NCBI GenBank assembly: GCA_951406725.2 | Contig: OX597826.1 | Span: 31,868,001 to 31,932,000, forward strand | Source: Octopus vulgaris | Taxonomy: Eukaryota | DNA: 64,000 nt | Direction of reading: 5' to 3' | In this document: piece by piece, positions 1-24,490 of the stretch | Layout: the number at the start of each line of letters is the position of its first letter | How positions within the stretch are numbered: position 1 is the stretch's first letter | The notes under the pieces: generated by a model | What the model was told of the DNA's origin: nothing | What the model saw: only the letters and a program-made list of their open reading frames with translations | The model's database searches: none | Program-made: the position numbers and the translations under genes

Positions 1-10537
<10,537 letters not shown>

Positions 10538-10641
10538 TAAAGCAACATTTTTACTGGATAGAAAATGAAGTAAAACTTCATGCAAAAGATTATATTGACA
10601 AATTTCAGTTTTTAAAATATTTATTATCTCTGATATTTTAC

Positions 10642-10647
10642 AATAAA
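10642..10647 (+). promoter_or_regulatory. Probable polyadenylation signal of gene A
   Basis: AATAAA ~105 nt after the stop. The same context (TGATAT...AATAAAT) occurs after the gene B stop (36806-36811) and after A' (41487-41492). Confidence 0.55.
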
Positions 10648-12316
10648 TGATTTCAAAAGCAAGATCAAATAATGTCCTCTTAATCTTAAATTATTACTTT
10701 GAGGTTATTTTAAATATTAACTGTTCATTTGTTATAATATCACATTTTGAAGGTATATATGCTAGTTAGATGAATTGGGTACATTTTACTGATGATAGTC
10801 ACAAAAATATTGATAGAAATTACGAAAGAGTAAGAAGTATTTTAAAGGTAGGGCCAGTTCATGACACGGATTATTATGAAGGTCCTGGTTTCCAGACTAG
10901 GACAGAGTCAGAGGTTCATTTTGGAGTCGAGAAGTTAAAGTTATGGAGTATAACACGATGCAGATATTTGACATCAGTGATAAACAGGCATTTACAGGTT
11001 TTATGAACAAAAGTAAAGCAGCTGAAGAATTAATGGCCAAAGTTGGTTTCCATGCTAAAAGAGGGGAAAGTAGAAGCAAAGGGAGACATAAGTTGGTCAA
11101 AGTAATTGTATGAAATGCTTATCAATTCTATTAATGAAGATTGTTCCTATATTAGACCTAACTCTCACTGGGAAGGGAGAAAAAACTAATTTTCTTTACA
11201 CACATGCATAAAAATGCAGGTATACAGACTCATTCCGTACAAAATTATTTCTTTCTGTGAACGCACTGAAGCATAATTTTTAGTGCAGTGATTGTTGCTT
11301 AGCCTCAATTCCTCTAGTTTCGATCCTTCGATCCTTTTAACTTTTCGTGAAGTAAAACTTTAATTTTAGTAGCCAATATGTCTTTCGTTTATAACAAAGA
11401 TTTGAGGCTGATTTGTGTGCTGTTAAATCTAACAGCAATAGTGTTTACCTAATTGCTATGTTTTTGTATCACTGTTAAAAGATAGATTGAGCTTCTTTTC
11501 TATAAAATATAGGTCCGTTTCAGCATGTGAAAACTCCGAATATAGTGCTTAGTTACAAAAGAAAGTTCCACACGAAACGATACGGTAACTCGGTTTCAAT
11601 TCCTAAATTTCATTTCATTTAAGTCGTTAATGAACATATAAAAAATGAAAGTCGTAATTTCACATTTTTTCGGTTCTAAGAACATCTTATTTCATGTCAG
11701 TGTAAGAAATAATTTCAACATCTAGTCTGCTTCAACATATTCACATGAACTCTTTACTTTGGAAGTTGGAAAGATTTTGCTAAACAAGTTCCCTAGATAC
11801 TTTTGAGTGCCACATGTATAGTGAAGACGCATATCCTGGTGGTTAAGATGAAGTTTTCATGATCATTAGGTTGTAGTTTCAATTTTTAGACAGGGTGGTT
11901 CGTTGTGTTCTTGAGCAAAACACTTCATGTTCCGTTACTCTACCTGAAGATGGGTTCCAGAAAAGGCTGGAGAGTTACCGCTGCAAAGGACTGGCGTCCC
12001 GTTCACGGGCTAAGAGTTGTGAGTTCAAATTTAAACTTCAAACTATGAGGTAGGCAATGTTTAAACCCTAAATTTCCAGTAAAAAGCTTATTACTTTCAA
12101 AACAGAATGTTTCATTGAATTAGCTACCAAAATTTAATTCCAGCGACAGTGAGAGATCACAAGAAATAATCCATAAAAATGGTAAATCTTAGAGCCGTTT
12201 AATCGTTTATTCAGGTTTAATTAAAACCTCCATTAATCTACACTTCACATCCTAATGACGTTTTTTCTTGTGTTCATATAGATAATTAAATTTCCAGTTA
12301 TTTTCATTGCGTACAG

Positions 12317-12458
12317 GTTTGGTCGGAGAGTTGATATTTGACGAATACAATACTGGTCGTCTGTGGACCTTTTGTACTATCATTGATCAGTTTCGTTATT
12401 CTCTATACTATTCAAGCTTCTGGGTATTTGGGACTCGTACTTACCACATATGCACTGG
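12317..12458 (+). pseudogene. SLC22 relic C: decayed exon 4
   Basis: FGR...TNTILVVCG...ILYTIQASGYLGLVLTTYAL; 142 bp versus 155, donor GT lost. The upstream ~100 bp resemble the 3' end of gene A intron 3. Confidence 0.8.
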
Positions 12459-12500
12459 ACGAGTTATTCATATACATACATACATACATACATACATATT

Positions 12501-12548
<48 letters not shown>

Positions 12549-12569
12549 CTTTTGTTCATATATGTATAT

Positions 12570-12950
12570 ATTCTTTTACTTGTTTCTGTCATTTTGACTG
12601 CGGCCATGTTGGAACACCACCTCAAAGGGGTTTTAGTCGAATCAATCGACCCAAAGACTTATTCGTTGTAAGCCTAGTACTTATGCTATCGGTCTTTTAT
12701 GCCGAGCCACTAAGTCACAGAGACGTAAATACACCAATGTCGGTTGTCAAGCGATGGATATACAAAGACACACATAATTATATACATATAATATGTACAC
12801 TGTGGGCTTCTTTTAGTTTCCGTCTACCAAATCGACTCACAAGGATTTTGTCGGCCCGCAACTATAGTAGAAGACACTTGCCCAAGGTGCCACTCAGTGG
12901 AACCGAACCTGGAAGTATGTGGTTGGGACGCAAGATTGCTACCACACAGC
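12570..12950 (-). mobile_element. Octopus OR-type SINE pieces (also 32990-33215 +, 38135-38270 -, 43470-43850 -)
   Basis: Recurrent GTAGAAGACACTTGCCCAAGGTGCCAC.CAGTGG.AC.GAACC motif, a tRNA-like head on the minus strand. Confidence 0.75.
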
Positions 12951-12986
12951 TATATATGTTATATGTATAAATATCATGAATATGTG

Positions 12987-13048
<62 letters not shown>

Positions 13049-13059
13049 ATTTCAGGATG

Positions 13060-13380
13060 GTCATTTTTGGGCCAAATAAACACACGCACTACAGATACGT
13101 TCTTCACTTCAGATTTATCATTGTTCTTATATATTTTTCGTCTGGAAATCTTTCGCCACATATCTGTAATCCCTTCAAGAGATGTTCCCCTACATTCTTG
13201 CACTCCCGTCGCCCGTCACTACCACTTGGCCAACCATTTCTCCTCTAACATCTTCGTCCTTGGCCTCGCTCTACACTTGGATCCACACACTCACGACTTC
13301 GCCTGGAACAGCGGTATATCTTTAATCTACAGACAACTATTCTCCACGGACTAAACACAACCCCCTCCTCTTATTGACTG
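13060..13380 (+). mobile_element. PLE (Neptune-like) GIY-YIG C-terminal remnant (duplicate 43960-44275)
   Basis: PVARHFHLANHS...VLGL...RLRLEQRYIFNLQT...HGLN, in frame in copy 2. Confidence 0.65.
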
Positions 13381-14329
13381 CCTCTGTAATAATTATCTGT
13401 AATAAAGAATAGCCTCAAAAATGCCAAATAGCGATACAAACAGCTCCGTATAACAAGGAAGGGAAACAACTGCGAAGGAACATAATTCACTGTTATAACC
13501 CACAGATCGTGGGTTACAAAATAACTTTTCTTAGATTGAATTTCTTCTTAACCTTCGTGTACTGAAAATATTTTCTTAGTTCATTTAGGTTTTAACTACT
13601 TTTGGATCGCCTTGAAAACGTTGTGTTAACATGTATTTTCGGATATATTGATTTGAATTACATATTCTGTATCAAAATATGATGATACGACAGAAACAAA
13701 CATCGGCTTTCTATGGTGAATTCAACAATTAAAAATGTGATTTTTTTCTATCCGTATTTCTGTTGTCTAATAGATTGAAATTCTCGAAACTCTTTTAAAT
13801 TATATTTAGATTTGCTTGCAATACACAAGGAATGACCTTCGGTGTGTATTCTACTTGCATTTATTGATGTCTGATTGTTTGATAGACATAACCAAATTCG
13901 TTTAAAACTAAGAACTTTATTGCTATCTGCCTGGATGTTTTAATCCCTTTTTGCTCTTATTGCACAGATATCTGTGTATGTGTGTGTTTATAGATCGATA
14001 AGTATGTGCATTTATATAATTATATATCTATCTCTACATCTCTCTCTCCTTTTATATTTCTACTCAAATGCACACACACAGACTCGCGCGCGCACACACA
14101 ATTCATATATAGCCAAGATAGATGTGTTAACAACCCAGTAGCCCAAGTAAAAATGGATTGAAAAAGAGGTTGTTTTTTCACTTATAATATCTGAAGGTTT
14201 TCCTATATCAAGAATTAGTCAGAGATTTTCGAAGCGTTGGTCATGGGTACTTGAAATTTGGATTTATTTACGAGAATGTGAGTAGATGTGTGTGTGTGCA
14301 GAAATGCACACATACGCACACACACACAC

Positions 14330-14368
<39 letters not shown>

Positions 14369-14713
14369 TACACACACACACATTTTTATATTGTTCTCTA
14401 TGTGTTCTACGAATAAAATGAATTAATTTAAATAACTACAAACATTCATACATTTGTTCCCAATTAAATTTTAAATATTCATTATGGTCAACTTTCGATG
14501 TTCCCTTTGACAACAACCAAATAATTGGTTCCTGAACAAAAAAAATCTATGTATAAAATAGAAATACTCACCGAAATAAGGAGCAGTTCATATTCTTATT
14601 ATTACACAATTTAAATTAAAGAGAAAATGCTCCAAGTTTTACGCATTGATATTTAAAGAAAATTTTATGAAATTCTTGAATGTTTAAATTTATTTTTATT
14701 AATCTACTTACAG

Positions 14714-16263
14714 TTTGGTTTGGTATGCGAAAACAAATGGTTAAGATCCACTTTGCAGTCAGTTTATTTTGCTGGTTATCTTGTTGGAGCAATAGTATTT
14801 GGTGCTTTAGCTGACAGGTAAGATCTCCTTCCTTTTTGTATATCCAGTGGATTGTATATGTCGTTTGTCTTTGATATTCCATGCATTCTACCAGAATTCT
14901 TTCCTTTTGTAGGTTTCATTATTAATTTCCACGTTATAGTAAAATCAATCATTGGTGGAGGAATTTGGTATTTTTTGTACATGAGATATGTTGTTGCTAT
15001 TTCTTTTGTTTAATTTGAAGTTAGAAATGATGAACTACTTGCAAGATCAGATTAGAAAACCCATCGCATATATGATAACATTGTTGTCCGGTGAAGATAT
15101 TTGAAGACATTTTTCTCTTTGCTCTTTATGGACTATTTTCTTACTAATCGGAGTAAACTCCTTGTAGTCTAGATGAGGGATTCCGTTTTAGTTATCAGTA
15201 GTGTAATTACCAAATGATAAAAAGTCAAGTTCCTAAACAGACGATATTTTGACTCAGTTCACATTCTCAATTGTAATTATATTATATCATTTACGTCCTT
15301 AATGAACAAACCGAACGTCACAGTTTCACATTTCTGCAGTGCTAAGAATTACCTATTTCATACCTGTATCAGGAACAGTTCAAGCAGCTAAAGTGCCTTG
15401 ATATATTTAGTTGAATTGCTTAACGAAGTGGTTATATTTCGCCGAGCAATCTCCCCAAGACATTTTTAAAAGGGGTGCCACACGCTTTTAGACTTACTCG
15501 TTAACATAGCATATATATAAAATTTCAAGTAACGGCATATACGAAGTCCGTTATATTTTCATTTGCAAAAAGAAAATCCAGAGGATATTAAACAATAATA
15601 TATTAAATAATAAAACAGCTTCTGTTTATTTTTATAGATACTTAAGATCATGATTAATCTACAATCTAGTTTTTTTTATGAGATTTTCATTTATGTTCTT
15701 TCTTTTTCTTATGTTATAGTCAATTAATAACTTTTATTTTATCTTCCTCTTTTACTAATGTATACCACCCATTTCTGTCTGTCTGCTTCTCTCTCTCTCT
15801 CTCTCACTCTCTCGCTCTCTTTCTCTCTGACACTCGTTTACACATAAACATGAAATCAGATATATAAACACACAAAAATAGACAATTCCCTCTCGCAGTC
15901 TTTTATTAATATCACGTTTCAGTTTTGGCGCAGTTAAAGACCTTCTCTGTTATGAGACCTTGTCACCAGACAAAGCGTAAACAACATTTTTCGAAAATAC
16001 GTTACGTAAATGTGCAATCCTAGTGCTCAGTTTTTGTTCCTATATTTATTAACAAGCCATTTAAAATTTCTTAAACAATATTTTCAGCATTTCTGATTTC
16101 CATATAGATTTGGTCGGAGAACCATTTTATTGCTTGCAAATACATGCCTAGTCGTTTGCAGAGTTACCAAGATTTTCATACCATCGTTGATAATTTTTTC
16201 CCCATTCTTTATTGGATTCAGGCTTCTGGTAATATTGGCATACTATTTAGAAGTTATACATGA
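14714..16263 (+). pseudogene. SLC22 relic D: exon 3 (14714-14817, intact) plus frameshifted exon 4 (16108-~16263)
   Basis: [35 protein letters not shown] with AG/GT; FGRRTILLLANTCLVVC... with a frameshift and donor changed to ATAAGT. No other exons found. Confidence 0.82.
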
Positions 16264-17429
16264 AATAAGTTACTCTCACATACATAAATACATACATACA
16301 TACATACATACATACATACATACATACATACATACATACATACATACATACATACATACATGCATGACGGCTGTCCACTCGTGACCGAGGACGATCACAG
16401 CTGACCTTCAGGAACATTGTGCGCTCTAGGACTAACTTATATTTTGCATTTGCGACTCTGTTGGTGGCTAATGAGCCATGTTCTTGACAAGCATACACTT
16501 CTAAAAACATTGCAAACCAAGCTTTCTCCATTCACTACACCACCAGCACACTTTCGAGCAACATACATACATACATACATACATAAATACATACATACAT
16601 AAATACATACATACATACATACATACATACATACGTACATACATACATATGCGTTTGCAATCCAGGAACAGGAGATTGCCATAAAGTATCTGGTGAGCAA
16701 GAGAGACAGTGACATTCCTGTTATCCCAAGGTGCAGCCGTATGTGTAGGCTACGTCATGTTTCTGCGGAACACATTACGCATGTGATTAGCAGCTGTCCT
16801 AAAATGTCGTCACGGCACTACTTCCCTATGCGTTGCTAAAGGAGAATATGGATAAACTGGGATTTTCAGAAAGAGAAATGAGCCGGCTGATTCATACATT
16901 ACAAGTACAATCTGTGAGTGGAACAGTAAAAATATGCAACACTTTCCTCAAGTTCCAAATGTGAATTTGTCCGTGTTAACTACATCTCAAAGATGGAACA
17001 TTGTATCTTTGTTGGAAACCGGCTCCCTCTTCAGTGGAAGATTTATAATAATTAAAAAATAGAAGAGACATACATACATACATACATACATACATACATA
17101 CATACATACATACATACATGCATACATGCATACATGCATACATACATACATACAAACATACATACATACATACATGCATACATACATGCATGCATACATA
17201 CATACATACATACATACATACATACATACATACATACATACACACATACATATAATTTCACTACTCTTATAAATCCTCTGCTTTTGTTATGGTAATACAC
17301 CAATGAACATATAAAATCGATAAAACTAACATATTTCCATCAATCAAAAACTATACATAACTGAAGAGGTCATAACTAGATCAAAACATGACAAGCGTTA
17401 TCTCCCGTGCACGTTGAATATCTTACGAT

Positions 17430-19212
17430 CAGTGATGTAGCTAGGATATGGCAGGTTGGGCACTTGCCATGAGCGAAGTTCTGAGGGTGGGGCGCAATTT
17501 TGAGTCATGAATGAGTAAAGTAACTTACATTTGGCAAATTTTTTCTGTCCATTCATGCACCTCCATGTACGCTGCAGCAAATGTTGTTGATGTGTGGGTG
17601 GTCTCAAGAATGTGGGCCAATGCCACCCCCAGAAACCACCCCACCATGATATTTGTATGCAGGTAGACCTTAGCGCCTCACTCCCGCAAGTTAATATCCT
17701 TCTGCCTTCAGACCATCATCGGTGCACTTCCCTCTCTATCCTCGCTTGTCAAAATACCTATTCGCTAGTTTTATAAATTGGTTACGAGCCAAGTAAGTCA
17801 TTTGAGCTGTACACCCCCCTTGCAAATTAGCACGCAGCCTTGTCAGAAGTAGCTCCTTCGCCTAAACGTTTAAACCGATATACGTATAGCTATTTGGCTG
17901 ACAGTTGTCAACGTTCTCTGCAAAGAATTGGTTGATATGGCAATTTCAGATCATTTATCTTTATACTGACGATCTTCTTGGGAATTAATCCTTACGTTTC
18001 TTCCTAGCTCAAAGTTGTTGATCATACTTGCGTGAGTAAATATTTCCGATATTCTTATGCCTGTGCACAGTGGTAGATTTAGTTTCAAAAAGGTTTGAAA
18101 GATTATTTCTGATATGATTTTATTTTTCACTTGCATATGCAAGCAGAGTAATTTTTTAATGTTAAAACGTAAACATGAACCAAATTTGTTGACACGTTTT
18201 CTAACCAGACCCACTCAAATCCATTCAATCAAAAATCTTTAATTTTCAACACTGCAATGGTACGGACTCGAAATAATCGTTTTTTTTTTACTGAAAATAC
18301 TGTAAAACTGTCAAAATTGTATCGCATACAGAAAAAATTGTCAACTTTTTCCTCACGTGTGACTGAATATTGAAAAAAGTAAATAAGTAGTATATTCAAT
18401 ATTGTAAAACTCAATATTTACTCCCCGGGGTGAATTAGAATTTTTATTTTACCACAGTGGTATGTGGCGTTACTTGCTTTATTTGATGTAAAAGAATTAA
18501 AGTGCGTAGATCTGCGTAGAGCGTCTTCTTAAAGAAATGAATGCGAGGTCTTCCTGGCTGCGCAATCTTGACGCCAAATTTTGCTTCCTTATCGATGTCC
18601 AGTGTCTGCGTTTTGGCAGTTTTGCGGATCTCCGGACACGTTGCATTACCTTTGGGAACGCCTACAGCAACGATATCGATGCAACCGAACTTTTCGAAGA
18701 AATCCTCGATCGCAGAATGCTATTTGCAGGTCGCAAACACCACCAAATATCAAATTCTGAAGATCTTCTTCAATTTATCGTCCAATATGGAGATGAAAGT
18801 GTGTTCCCTAACCTTCGCGTCGCGATATAGATTCTGCTGACAGTAGCTGTTTCCATTGCTGGTTGCGAGAGATCCTTCAGCAAGCTGAACCTGATCATAT
18901 CCTTCCTGAGATCTTCTATGACACAAGGAAGACTCCGTGACCTCACGTTGCTGAGCATGGAGCGAGGAGAAGTGAACACCAATTTCGATTGTATCATTGA
19001 CAACTTTGCATCGAAGAAAGCTAGAAGGGAACCCCTTTAAAATAGTCAATGTCTACTTTCTGAATAAATAAATTTTATGAATATTTTCTGACTAAATAAC
19101 TGTTTCGTTTTCTCTTAAAAATGGATCGGATGGATTAGGATTGGAAATGGTGGTGGGGAGGGCGCAAATTTTGGCTGTGCCCTGCACACCATTTACCCTA
19201 TTTACGCCACTG
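17430..19212 (+). mobile_element. Internally deleted hAT DNA transposon
   Basis: Imperfect TIRs CAGTGATGTAGCTAGG / CCTATTTACGCCACTG. Perfect 8-bp TSD CTTACGAT (17422-17429, 19213-19220). hATC dimerization remnant FPNLRVAI*ILLTVAVSIAGCERSFSKL...LRSSMTQGRL at ~18537-19040. Confidence 0.92.
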
Positions 19213-19874
19213 CTTACGATATCAATATTTGCCTAAATTTGTCTTTTCGTCGTTACATCTCAAGCAATAGTTCATTTACACGAAACAGTCTGTGAATTAA
19301 AGATAAGTGTGTCAACTGCACCCTCTAATACTGAATTCGTTTCCACTTCAATGAACTTCAGTTATGAGATATTTATATCGCATACAGAAAAAATTGCCAA
19401 CTTTTACCTCACGTGTGACTGATCTTGAAAAAAGCAAATATTCAATATTGCAAAACTCAATATTTACTTTCCGGGTTGAATTGGGATTTTTTATTTTACC
19501 ACAGTGTTATGCGGCGTTACTTGCTTTATTTGATGTAAAAGAATTAAAGTGCGTAGATCTGCGTAGAGCGTCTTCTTAAAGAAAGGAACGCGAGTTGACG
19601 GCAAATTTGGCTACCTTATGAGAGACATTCTGACAGAAATGTATAAACTCACTATTCTATTACCTTGACGAAATTTTTCTACGGTGGAGTGGAACATATG
19701 TGGTAAGTAGCGTTATTTATTTTGGATAGAAATCCACTTTAAATGAACACTTTGAATGATTAAGTTTCAATGTGAATTGTTTTAATAAACATATCCACAA
19801 ATACAATTGCATCTCTATCTGCACGCAGGCTTATAGGAAGGAAAAAAAAGTACTGCTAAATGTGCACTGGCAAG

Positions 19875-19922
<48 letters not shown>

Positions 19923-20959
19923 AAATCAGCGTGTATGAATATACATACGTACATATATATTTATATATGAATATATAAATTTTATATATATATATATATA
20001 TAAACACACACATGCATTATTAACGACTACGCAAATATTTAAAACAATACATTCCAAAGAGATATCTCAAGAATTCAATCACTACTACCATCCACAATAA
20101 GTCACTTTCAGGACACTTGACCATTTAGCATCCTACTACCATCATACCGCTCCCGCATTCTTCTTCTTCTTCTTCTTCTTCTTCTTCTTCTTCTTCTTCT
20201 TCTTCTTCTTCTTCTTCTTCTTCTTCTTCTGGCATAAATGTTAGCACGCTGAGCGAAATGCTTAGAGGTATTTTGCCTGCCGTTACGTTCTGAGTTCAAA
20301 TTCCGCCGAGGTCGACTTTGCCTTTCATCCTTTCGAGATGAAGCAAGTACCAGTTACGCACTGGGCTCGATATAATCGACTTAATTCGTTTGTCTGTCCT
20401 TATTTGTTCTCTCTGTGTTTAGCCCCTTGTGGGTAGTAAAGAAATAAGAAATGAAGCTTACGATAACGTAGTCCAAGACACTCAAATTAAATCTGTATAG
20501 CATTGTGAAATTCCCAGCTGTCTTTGTAACTGGTTTGTCTGCTTTGTCACTCACGGTAGTGCAAGATAGATTCTTGGAAATTATAGAAAGCAAAGAATGT
20601 ACTCTTATGAGGTCGACTTTGCTTTCATCCTTTCGAAGTCGATAAATTAACTACCAGTTGTGTACTTCGGTCGATCAAATCGACTGGTCTCCTCCCCCAA
20701 AATTTCGGGCCTTGTTCCTAGAGTAGATAAGAATATTTCTTCTTTCCTTCAGATTATGTTCGACACGAGACATTTTTGTTTTATCGTGTATGTATGTGTG
20801 CGTGTGTGTGTGTGTGTGCGAGTGAATGTGCGACTGAGTTTGTGTGTGCTTCTTATGTAATGCGTGGTTGTATAGTTTGTGTTATATATTAATGGTGTAG
20901 CATATCGAATATAATCTGTGCCAATTGTTAATGTTTTATCACCGTGTATTAATTACATA

Positions 20960-21920
20960 TGTCAATTGCTGTGTTTCGTTGTAGCGATTCGAATGGAATG
21001 TCATAGGACTTCAGGGCTTTTCTTGCTTTCATACATTTCATTGCATTCCTGAACCTGAGTATTGGGGTGTCAAATTTATGATGGGAAAGGAGAGCATGGT
21101 GGAACCTTGGTTTCTTACTGATGGTAATTTTCATACATGAGATGACCAGACGGTGATCAGTCCAACAGTCTTCAAAAACTCTTTACCCTATTTCTAAAGA
21201 TGTGAGAAGCACGGTAGGTTCCAAATGAACTCAAAGACTCCGTCAATACCATTAGTTTCAAGAGAGGAGATCGAAAACCCTGCGGAAACTTTTGTGGAAT
21301 CTCATTATTTTGCTATTGTAGGAACGAGTTGTGCTCGAATACACTTTAACCGTCTTCAGATCATTGCGGAATGAGGTCTTACAGAATCCTGATGTGGTTT
21401 TCGAGCATCCTGTTGAACCACAGACATGATCTTCTGTGCTAGGCAAATCGAAGAGAAGCACTGAGAACAACAACAAAACCACCTTTTCCTTGTGCTTATG
21501 ATCTGGAAAAGGCTTTTGACAGTGTGCCGAGTCCAACCATGTGGATGGTGTTTGATAATTTCGGATGTCCTGATCATCTGGTCGCCCTTAACCAAGTCCT
21601 GCATGATGACATATCTGAACATGTTTTTCATCTTGATCGACTCGCATAAGAATCCCAATTCAATATGGATTGGAACAACGTTGTGTTCTCGCTCCTACGC
21701 TTCTTCCTGTACCTTGCTGCAATGATCCATGAACTTCTCACAGATCAACCAGGAAGAGATAGTAGATGCAGTTGCTGAGTGGTATCAACGAGATTAGAAA
21801 AGGCCTTTCAGAAGGCTTCCATGACGATGGTTTAACTAAACGATTTTCACAAGATGGGCAACAAGAAAGAACAGGAAGTACATTGTGATCAGCGATGACA
21901 TCCGATAGTCTAGTCGGTAG
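20960..21920 (-). mobile_element. RTE-like LINE endonuclease remnant (duplicate ~52690-53540)
   Basis: Minus-strand DCWTDHRLVIS (APE catalytic DH motif) in a GC-richer, frameshifted stretch. Confidence 0.6.
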
Positions 21921-22609
21921 AGTGATACGGTTATATAATGATTTCAAATTTTGCCACAAGGTCAGCTAATTTGGCGGAGCGGATGTGTCAATTACATTGT
22001 CCTCGGTGTTCAACTGTTACTTAATTTATCGATCTCAAAAGGATGAAAGGCAAAGTCGACCTCGGTGGAATGTGAACTCAGAACATAGCAGCAGACGAAA
22101 TACTCCCAAGCACTTCCCCAGGCGTGCTAACGATTCTGCCAGCTCACCGTCTTATATGGGTATATAATGTTTATAATGTTTCAAATTTCAGTTTTTTTGA
22201 CATCAACGTTTTGGAGTCGTGTCTACAGAGTCTAGCAAATCCGTGCCCAAATATATCAGAAAAACCGTTGAATCAAAAGAAGCAGCTATACTCGTGGTGC
22301 AAAAGACACGTACGTTCCTAGTTAGATGGGATTCTGACTGAATTCCAGATTAAGTACGTATCAATTTAAATTTATTCTAATACATTTGGGAAATAAATTT
22401 CCATTGGAAACTCTTCTTATGCTTGTTGGAATACAATGTAACAACTTAAAATGACTGGTATTAATCAGATAAATAGCCTCATAATCTATGTATAACTACA
22501 GCAGTATTTAATAATTTGTCTTATTGATATACTTTTATTGTGTAGTGCTATTATTGGTAAAAAGAATTACAAATTTGACGAGAAATTCTAGAAAAGCTGT
22601 GGTTTTAAT

Positions 22610-22661
22610 ATGGCTGAAAATGAAGAATTTCAACTGAAATCAGTAAAACAGAAATCTACAC
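22610..22661 (+). CDS. Gene B first coding exon (MAENEEFQLKSVKQKST)
   Basis: ATG in AATATGG context. The 52 bp end in phase 1 at C|GTAAAT, matching the phase-1 acceptor at 23745. Identical in copy B'. Confidence 0.65.
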
Positions 22662-23744
22662 GTAAATATTTTTATTCCTTAAATGGATTAAATACAATGT
22701 TTTTGTTTTTTCGAATTAATAATTACAAAAATTCATTTACTTCTTAGAATTTGTCGTTAAATGACGTTTTGAAATGTCTTATGATTTGAAGCAATTTTAT
22801 ATTTGGATTGTTTATGATTAAATTATTCCATTTAGGAAATGGAATACTTCATAACAAAACTTAATAAACGAATAAACGTAAGAACTCAATACATGTTTTA
22901 GATGTCAACACATGAATCCAGGCTATAAACCTCAGTATTACGTATATTTTTAATCCCTCTCTTTACATTGATAGTAGAGCACAAGAAACATTAGGCTGCA
23001 GTAAATCTCTACTACATTTACCATGGTGTGTCACACCTGGTGCTCACGCATTCAGTTATAAAGCAACTCATGTGATTAAGGCTATAGAACTAAATATAAT
23101 CTCCAGGTAGTTGTTGGTCCCAGTTTACTTTAGAAAAATAATATACTTTTTACTTATGAAAACCTTATGTTTGTGATCAACTATATAACGAATTCTTTCA
23201 TTCAAATGAATATTCAAAATTCATTTGTGAGCGTGATATTGTTGATATCATAGATACCAAGTAGCGCATTGGTGTATTAGGATATCAGCTACAACGTTTG
23301 TGCTTAATGTTTTAATGTAAAGTATATACTAATCATTATCCAGATGATATCTACAAATGTACATTATCTCTTGCTACTTGCCATCGTAAATTGTATTTTC
23401 AACTGAAGTAATCCGTAACTAATACGATATTTGCAAGATACATGTATGTTCAACATTCATGGGGCTGTACCACAAATATAACATCAAGTTAATGGGATTA
23501 TCTAAAGGTCATTATTTTCCATATAAGTGTTTTAATTTGCTACTTTGTAAGACTAATTCAATAATGTCTCACGTGATTTTTGTCGCGTCTAAAGTAAATT
23601 CAGTGTAATATTACTATTGAAAAACAAATAAGTATTATTAAATAGTTTCGTTTCGTACACGTAAATTAATTATTTAGTTCTATATAGAATGATAGTATTC
23701 ACTTTTCAATGAACTCATGTTTTTTCATTTTTTTAAAATTTCAG

Positions 23745-24118
23745 ATATATCAAACAAAGATATTGCACATCTCATATTACAATGCGGAACTTTCGGCCCT
23801 TTTCAGCGCTGGCTCTACGGTTATGTTTTAACTTTATGTATTGTCTCAGCAATGCAGTTAATGAACTTGCCATTTCTCAGTGCAAGCGTTCCTTTTTTAT
23901 GCTACCCTCCGAACTTTAATGCTTCGTTGATTCCTGCAAATCTTACAGAGAATGAATATTTACAAATGCTTCAACCAGACGGCGGCGATCAATGTTCTGT
24001 ATATAACAATAGTTTCACTGGGACGTATTATGCAACACCACCAAGTAATTCATCTAAACTACAGTGTTCTTATGGACGGAAATTTCTGACAGATGCGTTT
24101 TCTACAATTGAAAGCGAG
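23745..24118 (+). CDS. Gene B exon 2 (TM1 + extracellular loop, 374 bp)
   Basis: CAG|[22 protein letters not shown]...CYPP...STIESE|GTGAGT; GxFGxFQ is the SLC22 N-terminal motif. Confidence 0.9.
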
Positions 24119-24196
24119 GTGAGTGGATGAGTCTCTTAATAGCTATAAACTTATATATGAATACATACACACATGGACACCTGGTGTTAGATATAA

Positions 24197-24238
<42 letters not shown>

Positions 24239-24239
<1 letters not shown>

Positions 24240-24306
24240 CATACACATAAACGCACACACAATATACATATATATATTTCTATATCCACACATACATATG
24301 TACATA

Positions 24307-24368
<62 letters not shown>

Positions 24369-24436
24369 TATGTACATATGTATGTGTGGATATAGAAATA
24401 TATATATGTATATTGTGTGTGCGTTTATGTGTATGT
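24239..24436. repeat. Palindrome centred on (TA)n
   Basis: ACATACACATAAACGCACACACAATATAC... mirrored by ...GTATATTGTGTGTGCGTTTATGTGTATGT. Confidence 0.9.
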
Positions 24437-24443
24437 CTCTCTT

Positions 24444-24490
<47 letters not shown>

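Noticed and set aside
10770-11100. ORFs conserved in both duplicate copies (10770/41615, 10897/41742; also 9551/40397, 17951/49006)
   Set aside because: Conservation is explained by the recent duplication. No recognisable domain or splice context.
23717-23744. ATG at 23717 as the start of gene B
   Set aside because: It lies in the polypyrimidine tract of a strong acceptor (TTTCAG at 23739-23744), and a phase-compatible upstream exon exists at 22610-22661.
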